Program-made: the position numbers and the translations under genes
Notes under the pieces: model-generated
What the model was told of the DNA's origin: nothing
What the model saw: only the letters and a program-made list of their open reading frames with translations
Database searches by the model: none
Part shown: piece after piece, positions 13,894-26,322 of the stretch
Position numbering within the stretch: the stretch's first letter is position 1
How the letters are laid out: each line of letters opens with the position of its first letter
Assembly: GCA_963921275.4 (NCBI GenBank)
Contig: OZ001293.3
Coordinates: 6,400,001 to 6,464,000 of the forward strand
DNA from: an uncultured Hormoscilla sp.
Lineage (GTDB): Bacteria > Cyanobacteriota > Cyanobacteriia > Cyanobacteriales > Desertifilaceae
DNA length: 64,000 nt
Direction: 5' to 3'

Positions 13894-14345
13894 TTAAGGT
13901 ATGGAAGTCCCACTGCCCAGAGTCAGCAGGCCCAAGACAATTAACGTGACAGTGCAAGCACTGCCGAGGCCAAACATGAACGATCGCCCCAAGGGCACAT
14001 TCAAAATATAAAACACCGAGTATAGCAACCTCGCCCCCACAAAGACAAATGCTGCCACAGCAGCAGCCGTCGCCTCGGTGCCAGTTACATAAGGGCAGGC
14101 ATGGGTGCCGCTGCGGCATAGATCGTGAAAGTTTCAAAAGAGTTCTGGTGGGCCCAGGTTGCTCTTTTAGCATAATCCGGCAGCCGATCGAACATGGCCC
14201 GGGGTGCTCCCCGATCGTACCCCACCTGGGCCCGTCCATAGGCCACCACCAAAAAAGGCAGAGATATGAGCACCGCTGCTGCGGCAATAGAGTACAGCAG
14301 CATGGCTGACACCGGCAATTGTGATAAATCTATGTTCCTAATCAA
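13894..14345 (-). pseudogene. MAPEG-family protein, frameshifted near 14095
   Basis: YAKRATWAHQNSFE in one frame; YVTG...ARLLYSVFYILNVPLGRS continues in another. Confidence 0.7.
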
Positions 14346-14841
14346 AATAGAACAAAGTCATCACCTTACGCTGGTCTTCCGCATCACGGCAGGTTTTCAG
14401 CAGGGTGGTGCTGTCGTGAAAGGCAAAACAGATCAGCTGCTGGCATCTAGAAACGATCTCCGTATTGCACAAAGCACTAGCTTCTGCCAGTGACAGTTCA
14501 TTGTTTTCCGGCTTTTCCACCAGATGGATCACATTTTCCAGCAGAGTGCGAGATTCCCAGGGTTGACGATCTAAACTTTGGGGCAAAATCACCGTCAGCA
14601 GGTTAGGGTTTGCCCGCATCGCCCCCCGGATCGCCGCCGCATTTGTGCCGGTGGCACCCGAGGTGATCAGACGATTCCCGGTCTCTACCAGAGCATAGCT
14701 CATCAGCTCGATCAAATGCTGATGGGTGATTGGCACGTGACGCGACCCCAACAAGGCAATTCGCTTAGAGCTTGTTTGTTGGATGGCCGCTAGCTCTTGC
14801 TCTAATGTATCAATCTTGGGTAGCTCGATCGATTGAATCAA
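14338..14841 (-). CDS. DprA/Smf-like short Rossmann-fold protein
   Basis: RIALLGSRHVP...LITSGATGTNAAAIRGA...QLICFAFHDS. Confidence 0.75.
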   Translation of the reverse strand: MIQSIELPKIDTLEQELAAIQQTSSKRIALLGSRHVPITHQHLIELMSYALVETGNRLITSGATGTNAAAIRGAMRANPNLLTVILPQSLDRQPWESRTLLENVIHLVEKPENNELSLAEASALCNTEIVSRCQQLICFAFHDSTTLLKTCRDAEDQRKVMTLFYFD

Positions 14842-14954
14842 AGCCAGTAGGTTTTATTTGGCTGAACAACCTAGCCATTCTAGCATATGCAGAGTTATGG
14901 GTACAATTTTACGCTCACTTAAATTAAGAAACCCGGTTTTTTCCTCATACCGGG

Positions 14955-16632
14955 TTAGAGGCTACTGGTAAATCTGGCCACAGCTAATATTTTGATGCAT
15001 CCCCCAGATCCTCCATCATCACTCCCACAGCAGAGATCGCTATTAGGAGAATGTCGGCAACACATTAAAGGAAGAAATACACACCCGATCGCTTTTTCCG
15101 GCAAAAGGAATTGTCTCATGCCAGAAGTAGGAAGGAAACAGTACCAACAAACCTGCTGCTGGCTATTTAGTGTATTTCTCGATTTTTTTCCCGATCTGCT
15201 TTCCCTGGAAACAGGTCGCATTGAATATAATATACCCCGCTGCAAAAACTTTCTGGGTGAATGTGGGATTTTTGAAATTCTTCTTGCGCCAGTACCACAA
15301 CCCAACCACGAATGATCTCCAGCCTGATGGGATATCCTGGAAAAAGGATTGCTTGCACAATGGCTGAAATCATCCCGCAGCTTGCTATTCACCATCTCAC
15401 TTAGGGCTTTTATCGGGCGATCGCTATCGGCAGATATCTCATAGGTCTGCCGACCTTTGTATATAGTTTTGCCCATTCTAAGTACATAGGCAAAATTATT
15501 TTTATATAAGATCCTCACAGAGCAAGCGTTTTAGACTGTCCCTCGCACATCAAGTTGATATCTAGTTCGAGAATTCTCTCATAGAGTTTAACTGCTTCCG
15601 ACCACCGAGACTGCTTACATCCGAGTTCTGCCAGACCTGCGATCACCCCTACAGAATTATAGTCTGCTGCCAATGCCCGATTATAAGTAGTCGTGCAAAA
15701 TTATTTTTATATCTAATCCTCCTGCAACGCTTGCTCGGCGGCGATCCCATATAAAATTAATTTTGCCTAGGTACTTAGCAGGCAACTGCCTCGTCATCTT
15801 TTTTCTGTTGACTCAATAGCCAACCCAGATTAATCTGGGCATCAAGGGAACTCGGCGCTAGCTTAGTCACTTCCAGTGAATTCAGCTTCCGCAACATTTA
15901 TTCTCCCCTGTTCGTAGAATACCGCGCCAATATTAGCCAGGGCTTCTGTAGAAGTAGGATTAATTGCCAATGTTCGTTCGTAGGCCCGCTGGGCGAGATT
16001 ACCATTACGATACAGCGCCATGCCCAAAGAAGTCAAGGCTGGCAACAAATGTGGTTCCATAGATAGGGCTTGCATATAAGAGGCGATCGCCCCATATCCC
16101 CTGAAGCTTGCCACAGGTCTCCCAGGGTAACATAGGCTGGTACATGACGGGGGTTAATGGCGATCGCCTGCTGGAAAGCCCCGATCGCCTCTGTTGCCAT
16201 TCCCTTTTCCGTGAAAGCAATGCCCATGTTAAAGTACTAATCAGCCCCATCCGGCTTTGAAGCCACCGCACGCTGATAACAAGCGATCTCATCTCCAAGC
16301 TGACCAGCCCCACGATAGACATTCCCCAGATTATTCAGATTTATTCAGATAGCCTACATTGCCGGGTAAAATTTCCACAGCAGCTGTTAGCATATTTATC
16401 GCCGCTATGATATCTCCCCTTTGCCCCCTTCAGGACGATGATTCAAAACCTGGGAATTTTGCGGTTGCGACTTTAGCATTTGTTTGTAAACAGATTCTGC
16501 CTCTGCCAGCTGTCCCCCCTGATGGAGAGACAGGGCATAAGACAATATATCCGCTAGTAAATTATTACCCTGGATACCTCGATCGCCTTTACCTTTCTTT
16601 TTGGCCGCCTTCCGTCTTTGTTCCCTATTCAC
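14955..16632 (-). pseudogene. Degraded TPR-repeat protein with probable glycosyltransferase C-terminus
   Basis: Fragmented ORFs with TPR text (ALSLHQGGQLAEAESVY; MGIAFTEKG..TEAIGAFQQAIAINP; ALANIGAVFYEQGR) and many frameshifts. Confidence 0.65.
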
Positions 16633-16640
16633 CTTCAGCC

Positions 16641-17774
16641 CTACCTAGCCACAGCCAATTTTATACCCAGCTGTTCTAGCAATCGGTCAATATCAAAATG
16701 AGATGCCATCAGCTTTTGGATGCATTCTACCTTTACCGGTTCGTGCAGGCGCACTTTGCCAAAAGTCCTGTCAATTATTTCTACTGTACTCAGGGTATCT
16801 TTGTCAACCGACAGAATCGGCACCTCTAACTCTTCCGCCCGGTTGAGGATCATCTCCGAGGGTGGGATGAGACCTGTCAGCACCAGACATTGAGTAGAAG
16901 TCTCCAGGGCTGCTAGCTGAATATCCGTGCGATCGCCTCCTGTCACCACCGCCATATTTTCCCCTTTCGCGAAATATTTTAGCGCCGAGTTAACATTCAT
17001 CGCCCCGATTCTCAGGCTTTCGACCATCAAACCTAGCCTGTCTGAACAACAGAGTACCTTAGCCTCTAGCTGCTGCACCAGTTCAAAAACACTTACACTT
17101 TGGAGTAAATTGCTTCTGGGCAATCTGCCCAACACCGGTATCCCCTGAGCTTCCAAAAACGGTACAATGGTTTGTTGGACATTTCCGCGCTTTTCAGTAG
17201 TAATATCGTTAATCAACACTCCCACCAACCGATCGCCCAGGCGCTGTTTTGCCGACAACAGCCCATCCACCATCCCTTCTGAGTTAAATCTCGCCACCAG
17301 TAGCACCGCTGCCTCTACCACCGTCGCTATCTGTAGCAAAGACAAATCAAATAAACTACCCTCTGCTAACGTTCCTGGTCCTTCCAGCAACACCAGAGAG
17401 TCCGACGGCACTTGGGAGTAAATTTCAAGTAACCCTGACCTGCCTGTTACCGTTTGAACTTTACCCACAGATAGGCCAGTTTCAATCGACTGCTCATCCA
17501 CACACAGAATTGTTGGTAGCAGGCTCTCGGGTGGCAGTTCCAGAGTTGAGGCAATAAACTCAACATCTGCGTCCCCTACTTGGGCATTTTTGACATTTTT
17601 TGAGCCTATACTGTTTCCCAGAGGCTTCCCGTAAACTATGGGCAGTCCCTTCGAGCGCAACTGACTCGCCAGTCCCAGAACGGTAGCTGACTTACCAGTG
17701 TTAGCCTCCAGAGAGCCAACTAGGAGATATCTAGAGTACTTTGGCACCTTCTCCTCTCCGACAGAATTATTCAT
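16641..17774 (-). CDS. Phosphotransacetylase-like protein (AAA_26 + DRTGG domain)
   Basis: GKSATVLGL, LLEGPG, VVTGGDRTDIQLAALE. Confidence 0.85.
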   Translation of the reverse strand: MNNSVGEEKVPKYSRYLLVGSLEANTGKSATVLGLASQLRSKGLPIVYGKPLGNSIGSKNVKNAQVGDADVEFIASTLELPPESLLPTILCVDEQSIETGLSVGKVQTVTGRSGLLEIYSQVPSDSLVLLEGPGTLAEGSLFDLSLLQIATVVEAAVLLVARFNSEGMVDGLLSAKQRLGDRLVGVLINDITTEKRGNVQQTIVPFLEAQGIPVLGRLPRSNLLQSVSVFELVQQLEAKVLCCSDRLGLMVESLRIGAMNVNSALKYFAKGENMAVVTGGDRTDIQLAALETSTQCLVLTGLIPPSEMILNRAEELEVPILSVDKDTLSTVEIIDRTFGKVRLHEPVKVECIQKLMASHFDIDRLLEQLGIKLAVAR

Positions 17775-18144
17775 CCAAGCGTAGCAGCTTACGGTAAAAA
17801 GTTTGTGGAAAATCGGTCACCTGAGAACGCTTGTAGTTCATCATCACCTCAATCAGGAAATCGATAAACTCAAAATTTACCAGTGACACTTCGTAAGTCA
17901 GATCCGCATTGCCATCAAACTGGAGCTGGCAATGAGTCATATCTGCTGGTAGGGTAGAAACGAACCACGTTGCCAGGAACGGGATGCTTTCACCCCCTTC
18001 TATTTTACGCTCACCTTCCAAAGACGCATTTTGATAGAGGCCGATCGCTTTCGGTAACCATGCCCGCTTGTTCCCTTGGTAGTAAGGCAGATATACACCC
18101 ACGGTGCGGTTATCGCCTGGCTGGATCTTCTCTAGGTGGTCCAT
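17767..18144 (-). CDS. ebsA: EbsA type IV pilus/biofilm-suppression protein
   Basis: VGVYLPYYQGNKR...LEGERKIEGGESIPF...DFPQTFYRKLL. Confidence 0.8.
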   Translation of the reverse strand: MDHLEKIQPGDNRTVGVYLPYYQGNKRAWLPKAIGLYQNASLEGERKIEGGESIPFLATWFVSTLPADMTHCQLQFDGNADLTYEVSLVNFEFIDFLIEVMMNYKRSQVTDFPQTFYRKLLRLDE

Positions 18145-18344
18145 ACTCCCATCTTCTGTCAGTTGTTAGTGCTTAGTTGTCAGTCGAGCTGGCTAGGTTC
18201 TGGTACGTGGTCAGTTGTCTGTTGTCTTAGGCAGTACCCTATCACCAGTCCCGCACAGTCCCCGCAGACTATAATAGAGGGAATCGGTGCGATGCGGATG
18301 AAACAGAAAGCGTATTCGTCAATAATTCTAGTGTAAAAGTACCT

Positions 18345-19685
18345 ATGGTCGAGACATCGGTTGAATATCGGGGCTATTCAGGACGCAGACGCAAAGCAGC
18401 AGTGTTGTTGATCGTGATTTGGAGTGGGACGATCGCCCTGCATTTATTTTCTTGGGGTTTTTGGTTCGTGGTCGGGATGACTGCGATCATGTCAATTCAT
18501 GGGGTGCGGGTGTTGACTGCTCAAAGATTGCTGCTGCTAAAACCATTGTCGGATGAACCCCTCTGTGAATGGCCCTATGTATCTTTGCTGGTGGCAGCGA
18601 AAAATGAAGAAGCTGTCATTGGTAGGCTGGTGCAGATGCTTTGCAATCAGGACTATCCTAGCGAAAGATATGAAGTATGGGTGATAGACGATTATAGTAC
18701 AGACTCAACAGCACTGGTGTTGGAAAAGCTGCAGACAAAATATGACCAGCTGAAAGTGCTCCGCCGTGCAGCAAATGCTACTGGCGGGAAATCAGGGGCC
18801 TTAAATCAGGTATTGCCCCTGACAAAAGGGGAGGTATTGGCGGTCTTTGATGCTGATGCTCAGGTGACGCAGAATATGCTCAAACGGGTGTTGCCGATGT
18901 TTCAACGGTCCCAGGTGGGGGCAGTGCAGATGCGCAAGGCGATCGCTAATGAGGGGATCAACTTCTGGACCCGGGGACAAAGCTCGGAAATGGGCCTCGA
19001 TAGCTATTTCCAGCAGCAGCGGATTGCGTGCGGGGGCATTGGAGAACTGCGGGGTAACGGTCAGTTCGTCCGTCGGGAGGCAATGTATAGCTGTGGGGGC
19101 TGGAATGAGGAGACGATCACTGACGACCTGGATTTAACTATCCGCTTACATATGAACCAGTGGGATATTGAATTTATGCTCGAACCCGCTGTGCTTGAAG
19201 AAGGTGTTACCAGTGCTCTATCCCTTTGGCATCAGCGCAACCGCTGGAGCGAAGGGGGATATCAACGCTATCTGGACTACTGGCGGCTGATTTTTAGCAA
19301 CCGGATGGGGTGGCGCAAAACTTGGGATATGTTCATGTTCTGGATGATCCAGTATTTCTTACCCAATGCTGCTCTGCCAGACTGCTTGATGGCGATCGCT
19401 CGCAACCGACTGCCGGTGCTGAGTCCGATGACTGCTCTGATGCTGGGCATGTCATTGGTGGCCATGTTTACGGGTTTGCGGCGGATCTCTAAAGAGTCGG
19501 GAGAGTGCGCCAGTCTTTATACAATTTTCCTGACCTCACTCCAGACAATGGGCGGCACTTTATATATGCTGCACTGGTTGGTGATTGTCGCTAGTACCGC
19601 TGCCCGGATCTCAGTCAGACCTAAACGCCTGAAATGGGTAAAAACCATACATCAAGGCACCGGTGAAGAGAGTTTCGAGTTTTAA
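18345..19685 (+). CDS. mgdA: GT2 glycosyltransferase, probable monoglucosyldiacylglycerol synthase
   Basis: GRRRKAA N-terminus, AAKNEE, FDADA, GELRGNG, TDDLD, QRNRW. Confidence 0.8.
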   Translation: MVETSVEYRGYSGRRRKAAVLLIVIWSGTIALHLFSWGFWFVVGMTAIMSIHGVRVLTAQRLLLLKPLSDEPLCEWPYVSLLVAAKNEEAVIGRLVQMLCNQDYPSERYEVWVIDDYSTDSTALVLEKLQTKYDQLKVLRRAANATGGKSGALNQVLPLTKGEVLAVFDADAQVTQNMLKRVLPMFQRSQVGAVQMRKAIANEGINFWTRGQSSEMGLDSYFQQQRIACGGIGELRGNGQFVRREAMYSCGGWNEETITDDLDLTIRLHMNQWDIEFMLEPAVLEEGVTSALSLWHQRNRWSEGGYQRYLDYWRLIFSNRMGWRKTWDMFMFWMIQYFLPNAALPDCLMAIARNRLPVLSPMTALMLGMSLVAMFTGLRRISKESGECASLYTIFLTSLQTMGGTLYMLHWLVIVASTAARISVRPKRLKWVKTIHQGTGEESFEF

Positions 19686-20021
19686 GTTGCAGGGGCAGGG
19701 CCCGACGCTTTGCCCTGATTTTTTGTTTGTTGTTAACTGTTAGTTGTTAGTTGTTAAGAATAATTAATTAATGTGAGTTCAAGAAAAAAAGTTGTGCGAG
19801 TCAAGTCAGTCAGATGAGCGGTGCCTTGACCAACTATCTGATTTAATGTTGTCTAACTCCTATCAAGAGACAGAGGCGACCTATTGGAAAATTATGCTGG
19901 TGGATGATGACGATCGAGCAATAGTCCGGACCGTTTTGACTGTACGTAGCCTTCTGGCTTGCAGCGTAAGCCTTTGCTCAATAGAGGTGACGTCACTATC
20001 AGACGATCGGGGCGACTAATT

Positions 20022-20418
20022 ATGATTATCGCCCCGCAACATCAACGGAAACTTCAAATAGAATCATTCTTCAGGTAGAAATACAAAATGTTCCAACTGA
20101 GGCAATTGTAGATACAGGTGCTATGTTATTTGCCCACCAAGAGTTGCTAAAGAAGCTGGATTTGAAGGAGTTGAACCTCTAGAAATACTAACAATGCTAG
20201 TTAGAGGTATGCGTCTGGAAGGAGAAATTATTCGTATGGGTATAAAATTATTAGCCGTTCGGGGAGAAAACTTGACTGTTGACGCAACGGCTTTTGTTCC
20301 AGATGTCGAAGAATATTGGGGAGATTTTCCCGCTTTTTTGGGTTTGACTGGCTTCTTAGAACGAATTCGCTTTGCTGTAGACCCTAATACCGATACCTTC
20401 TACTTCGGTCAACTCTGA
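20022..20418 (+). pseudogene. Retropepsin-like aspartyl protease remnant
   Basis: AIVDTGA is out of frame with the downstream FLGLTGFLERIRFAVDP. Confidence 0.5.
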
Positions 20419-21104
20419 AGCCATAGTTAGCACCCTCAGTCTGCTGTATGCTTCTTTTCTATCGATGTCCCCCCCATCTCAGAAGATTGCCAAAGTAGGA
20501 GGTAGAAGGTCGGAGGTTTCAACTAGATCGTCCTTTCGATGCCTACCGTTCCGGGAAAATTGGGATGCAAGGCAGGCAACCTACGATGCCTTCTAATTTT
20601 TCCGGTACGCAGGGCAAAAACCCGGAAGGCATCGCATGCGGGGGCGGCTCGTGGGGCATTGAGATTCCCCCCATTGTGGTAAACTTCAAGTAACCACAGT
20701 GAAATCATCGCTAGTAATCAGGGTCAAATCAATGCGCTGTAGGGTGACCAGGGTGTCCCTTTCAAAGTTAATCAAGGTATCTAGGCCCTGATAGACGTGA
20801 GCCAAATCTACCGTTCCGGAAAAATCGTCCAGCCCGATCGCGTTCAGCCCCGTCCGTATAATCTTCAAAGTCTATGATAGTACCCATCATGTCCGACTCC
20901 AGAACAAAAATATTGGCCTCTGATCCTTCGTAGAGACGATCGCTTCCATGGTTTCCGTAGACGCGATCGCTTCCATGGTTTCCGTAGACGCGATCTCTTC
21001 CTTCCCTGCCGATCAGAGTGTCCTCCTCCTCCTTCTCAAAGAGTGATAAAGTTAGGGGTTGGGGGTTGAGAGTTAGGGATTGACGAGTATTGCTGAAGTT
21101 AAGG

Positions 21105-22870
21105 TCGGTAGGAGAGGAGTTGACATTGTTGACATTAATAGTAAAAGCCTCCGAGTAACTAAGCCCACCAGCATCAGTAGTCTGGACGCGGATGCTGTAA
21201 CTGGACTGGGTCTCAAAGTCAGGGGAACTGTTAATTTGCAGTGAGTTCCCTTCTATGGTGAAGGCGTCGTTATCATCGGCATCAGCGCCTCCGACTAACT
21301 GGTAGGTAAAGGTATCGGAAGAGTCAGGATCGGTAGTTGAGAAAGTCCCTACGACTGCATTATCAGGGGAGTTAGAATCAATGCTGCTGCTGCTAATGAC
21401 TAGGTCGGTAGGAGACTCGCCGACATCGTTGATATTAATAGTCAAGACCTCCTCAAAACTATTACTAGCAGAGTCAGTAGTCTGGACGCGGAGGCTGTAA
21501 CTGGACTGAGTCTCAAAGTCCAAAGAACTGTTAGTTAGCAGTTGGTCCCCTACTATAGTAAAGGCATTGTTGCCCGATCCAAGCATGTAGGTAAAGCTAT
21601 CTCCCTCGTCGGGGTCAGTAGTAGACAAAGTCCCCACAACTGCACCCAATGGAGAGTTAGAATCAATGCTGCTGCTGCTAAGGACTAGGTCGGTAGGAGA
21701 CTCGCCGACATCGTTGACGCTAATAGTCAAGGCTTCTGAGTAACTGTTCCCAGTAGAGTCAGTAGTCTGGACGCCGATGCTGTAACTCGATTTTCTCTCA
21801 AAGTCAGGGGAACTGTTAATTTGCAGTGAGTTCCCTTCTATGGTGAAGGCGTCGTTATCATCGGCACTAGCGCCTCCGACTAATTGGTAGGTAAAGGTAT
21901 CGGAAGAGTCAGGATCGGTAGTTGAGAAAGTCCCTACGACTGCATTATCAGGGGAGTTAGAATCAATGCTGCTGCTGCTAAGGACTAGGTCGGTAGGAGA
22001 CTCGCCGACATCGTTGACATTAATAGTCAAGACCTCCTCAAAACTATTACTAGCAGAGTCAGTAGTCTGGACGCGGAGGCTGTAACTGGACTGAGTCTCA
22101 AAGTCCAAAGAACTGTTAGTTAGCAGTTGGTCCCCTACTATAGTAAAGGCATTGTTGCCCGATCCAAGCATGTAGGTAAAGCTATCTCCCTCGTCGGGGT
22201 CAGTAGTAGACAAAGTCCCCACAACTGCACCCAATGGAGAGTTAGAATCAATGCTGCTGCTGCTAAGGACTAGGTCGGTAGGAGACTCGCCGACATCGTT
22301 GACGCTAATAGTCAAGGCTTCTGAGTAACTGTTCCCAGTAGAGTTAGTAGTCTGGACGCCGATGCTGTAACTCGATTTTCTCTCAAAGTCAGGGGAACTG
22401 TTAATTTGCAGTGAGTTCCCTTCTATGGTGAAGGCGTCGTTATTATCGGCACTAGCGCCTCCGACTAACTGGTAGGTAAAGGTATCGGAAGAGTCAGGAT
22501 CGGTAGTTGAGAAAGTCCCTACGACTGCATTATCAGGGGAGTTAGAATCAATGCTGCTGCTGCTAAGGACTAGGTCGGTAGGAGAGGAGTTGACATTGTT
22601 GACATTAATAGTAAAAGCCTCCGAGTAACTAAGTTCACCAGCATCAGTAGTCTGGACGCGGATGCTGTAACTGGACTGAGTCTCAAAGTCCAAAGAACTG
22701 TTAGTTAGCAGTTGGTCCCCTACTATAGTAAAGGCATTGTTGCCGGAGACAAGCATGTAGGTAAAGCTATCTCCCTCGTTGGGGTCGGTAGTAGAGAAAG
22801 TCCCTACGACTGCACCCAATGGAGAGTTAGAATCAATGCTGCTGTTGCTGAGTTCTAGATCGGTAGGAGG
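21105..22870 (-). repeat. Intragenic cadherin-like repeats, 585-bp period (two alternating domains x3)
   Basis: Same sequence at 21301, 21886 and 22471. Confidence 0.85.
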
Positions 22871-23179
22871 GGAGTTCTCTATAACAATGTCAAAGGTATC
22901 TGTCACTTCAGATTTCGCTCTGTCGATGGCGGTTACCGTCACGGTAAAGGTGTCTGCGGTAGTAGGGATACCGCTGATAACTCTCTGAGAGTTGATCGTT
23001 ACGCCCCCTGGTAAACCGGTAGCTGTGTAATTGTCGATGTTGTTATTGATGTCGCCGAAATTTGCGCTAATGTCTATGTTGAGGTTATTACCTAGCAAGA
23101 GTTGGACGTCGGGAATCTCGGTTAAAACATAAGGGGAGTTTTCCAATCGCTTTGAGGCACTCAAATCTAGAACCTCTTG

Positions 23180-23500
23180 GGGGATGCTGCCAGTCAGTTG
23201 GTTGGAGTCCAGCTGGAGAAACTCCAAATTGGAAAGATTCCCTAACTCCGTCGGGATGCTGCCAGTCAGTCGGTTGTCGGACAGCAAGAGAAACTCCAAA
23301 TTGGAAAGATTCCCTAACTCCGTCGGGATGCTGCCAGTCAGTCGGTTTCTGTCCAGCTGGAGATCCTTCAAATTGGAAAGATTCCCTAACTCCGTCGGGA
23401 TGCTGCCAGTCAGTTGGTTGGAGTTCAGCTGGAGAAGTTGCAAATTAGAAAGATTCCCTAACTCCGTCGGGATGTTGCCAGTCAGTTGGTTGCCGTTCAG
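23180..23500 (-). repeat. Plant-type leucine-rich repeats (72-bp units)
   Basis: LTGSIPTELGNLSNL repeated. Confidence 0.9.
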
Positions 23501-23951
23501 GAAGAGCAAAGTCACCCTGCTGTTAGCTGCTACCCTCACCCCATGCCAATCATTAACAACAAAAGCATCGGGGGGAGTTAGGCTGTCGAAATTCCAGCTA
23601 GCCCAGCCTGTATTGTTACTCCAAGAAGCCCCATTGGTGCTTTGATAGAGAGCCCTTAAGGCATGATACTCCTGCTGGGGGATCAATATGCCCCCATAGG
23701 CCATCTGAGCTTCTGCGGACAATGCTAAGGGAGTTTTCATCCCCGGAGTTCGCCACTCCAACTTCCAATTTCCGCCCCGGGCTGCTGCCCCTGTCCGGGT
23801 AGTAGAGGCGGCGAGGGATGCCCCGGTCAGGGCCTGTAGCTTAGTCATCAACTCCTCTCCTGCATCTCCGGCGGCGACGTTACAGCCGTAGAGTAGGAGT
23901 TGTTTTACTTTCCACTTCTGCAGGGTAGAGGCGTAATCTCCTAGAGGATCT

Positions 23952-24822
23952 GTGCGATTCGTTCTAGCCTAACGTGGTCAAACACGGAACGCTAGCCCGG
24001 TTTCATTAGCCGGGAACTCTGACCGCATGGGGGTTAAATTCCCCTCCCCCCAGGTACGGGGGTGACACCGGTCCTCGGTGCTACGAAGCGACATCATCGT
24101 GGTGCTAAGCGAGGACTCAAATGTAGGATAACTGGCAGCCTAAGCCGGTGACGCCGCTAGGAAAGATATCCAAGGTTAGAGCAGGCAAACATGTGCAAGC
24201 CTCGTTATAAGGAACCAGCGAAATAAGGCTATATGCGCTGGCCTAAAAAGGAAATGGTAGCTAGTATTAGTTTTAGACTCTGGCTAATATAGTACTCAAA
24301 TAGCTCCCGGGGTATAGTGTGGACCTAAAGGTATCGCGAAATGTTGTTAGGGAACGAAGTAACCTCTCGTGTGCTGTCCATCAGGACAAGTTAGATGTTA
24401 AGCGCAAGCCACGGGGGGAGGGATGGCCCAAGAAGCGAATGCCCGGGGTAATTCCTGGGATAACATCTACAGTAATGTAGATGATGCTGGGTAGCCAGCG
24501 CTGACGTGGGTCGGTGATACTAGGAAGCTGCTGGAATGAGTAATCCTAAAAAGCCACGGAACTAATCCGAAACGCAAGTGGAGGATAAGGTATGGATAAC
24601 TGGTAAAACTGACTTGAAAATGGTGATACTAACGGTTATCAGAACAACCACTCGCTAAACCAGGAAAGGGAAGAAAAGACAGGCGGCAAGGGCTAACGGA
24701 AGTAATTCCTATTAAGTCTACCTATGAAAAGGGCCTAGTACCCAGTAGCCGGATGCGGTGAAAATCGCAAGTCCGGTTCCTCAAGGGAGGGTCGGGAAGC
24801 GATTCCCGGCTCGACCCCATCC
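23952..24822 (+). mobile_element. ORF-less group II intron B4 (871 nt), antisense to its host gene
   Basis: GTGCG...DV...CTCGACCCCATCC; removal restores the host frame. Confidence 0.93.
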
Positions 24823-25689
24823 AAACTCAGTTGGGAGTTTCCCAGATACAGACAGTCAGGGCTGCCGTGGGAGAGTAGGTGCAGAACTTCTGTTTCTTTA
24901 TGCTGTTGGAGAAGTTCGCCGATCTGTTTGATGCCATCGGACCGAAGGTCTAAGAGGAAAGATTTGGCCCCAGGCCGGATGCCGTCTATAAGCTGCTGGT
25001 AGTTTTCTAGGGAGGCATCCACTACTACGATGGTGTTGGTAAAAGATTTATGCTTCATTTTTTGGTTGCTGAATTGATTTTGAGGTGCTGGTGTAATACT
25101 AGCCTGACTATCGTCATATTTTCGACTTACGCCGGAACGAGTGGCACGTTTGTTTATTATAACTCAAGTGTTGGTTACCGGCGACATTGGTAACATTTCC
25201 TGCTTTAACTACAGTCATTAAAACATATTTTACGGAAATTATCAAATTTATTTGCTACTATACCGTCGGAGTTGGGTGTCTTTCAATTTAACCCATATTT
25301 CGCAACCTCATATCCCAGCAGGTTTCCTCCGACGCTGGCTTTCTTCGTCTACGATTCGTATACGAAATGAATCACTTGCTGTTGCTGAAAAGCGGTCTTT
25401 TATATCTACCGGCCCCATTTGTTTCACGCTTCCCATACATAGAGTCCCCCGACTGAGTCAGGCACTTCCCCGACTGAGTGCGGCACTTTACCTCAGTAGT
25501 CAGGCACTTCCCCGTGCTTCTTTTCTATCGATGTCCTCCCCATCGCAGAAGATTACCAAAGTAGGAGGTAGAGGGTCGGAGCTTTCAACTAGATCGTCCT
25601 TTCGATGCCTACCTACCGCGCCCTCCTCCCGCACGGCGAAAACCCGGAAGGCATCGCTCAGGCCTCGCGGTTCCCCCAATCGTGGTAAA

Positions 25690-26322
25690 CTTCAATTAAC
25701 CACAGTGAAATCATCGACATTAATCAGGGTCTCATCAATCCCCTGCAGGGTAGCCAGGGTTTCCCCTTCAAAGTTAATCCAGGTATCGAGGCCCTGAGAA
25801 CCTCCTGCTAGCGCATTCGCATCCGTATAATCTTCAAAGTCTATGATAGTACCCATCATGTCCGACTCCAGAACAAAAATATTGGCCTCTGATCCTTCGT
25901 AGAGACGATCGCTTCCATGGTTTCCGTAGAAGCGATCGCTTCCCTCCCCGCCGATCAGAGTGTCCTCCTCCTCCTTCTCAAAGAGTGATAAAGTTAGGGG
26001 TTGTGGTTGAAAGTTAGGGGTTGACGAGTATTGCTGAAGTTAAAGTCAGTAGGAGACTCGGCAACATTGTTCACATTAATAATCAAAGCCTCCGAGTAAC
26101 TGGCCCCAGTAACGTCAATAGTCTGAACGCGGACGCTGTAACTCGATCTCATCTCCAAAGCCGGAGAACTATTAATTAGCAATTGGTCCCCTACTATAGT
26201 GAAAGCAGCGTTATCATCGTCACCAAAACCCGAGATTAACCCGTAGGTAAAAGTATTTCCCCCGTCCGGATCGCTAGTTCCGAAAGTCCCCACGATCGCA
26301 CCCACACGGGAATTAGAATTAA
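25690..26322 (-). pseudogene. 3' fragment of a paralogous cadherin/RTX-tail gene
   Basis: Cadherin-like domain plus DNA close to 20690-21110 (EEEDTLIG, GSDRLYEGSEANIFVLESD); 5' part missing. Confidence 0.75.

Larger units (their letters stand above)
20686..25058 (-). pseudogene. Large secreted DUF4347 + LRR + cadherin-like + RTX-tail protein, interrupted by antisense intron B4 and frameshifted near the C-terminus
   Basis: Join 25058-24823 + 23951-20768 reads GNSQLSL|DPLGDYA...LLLYGCNVAAG (1139 codons); the native tail ...ITSDDFTVVT* is in another frame (to 20686). Confidence 0.85.

Noticed and set aside
24735..24822. Identical C-terminal peptide DGVEPGIASRPSLEEPDLRFSPHPATGY on ORFs 24735-25058 and 59348-60463
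   Set aside because: Read-through into the antisense DVI/DV of intron B, not a shared protein domain.
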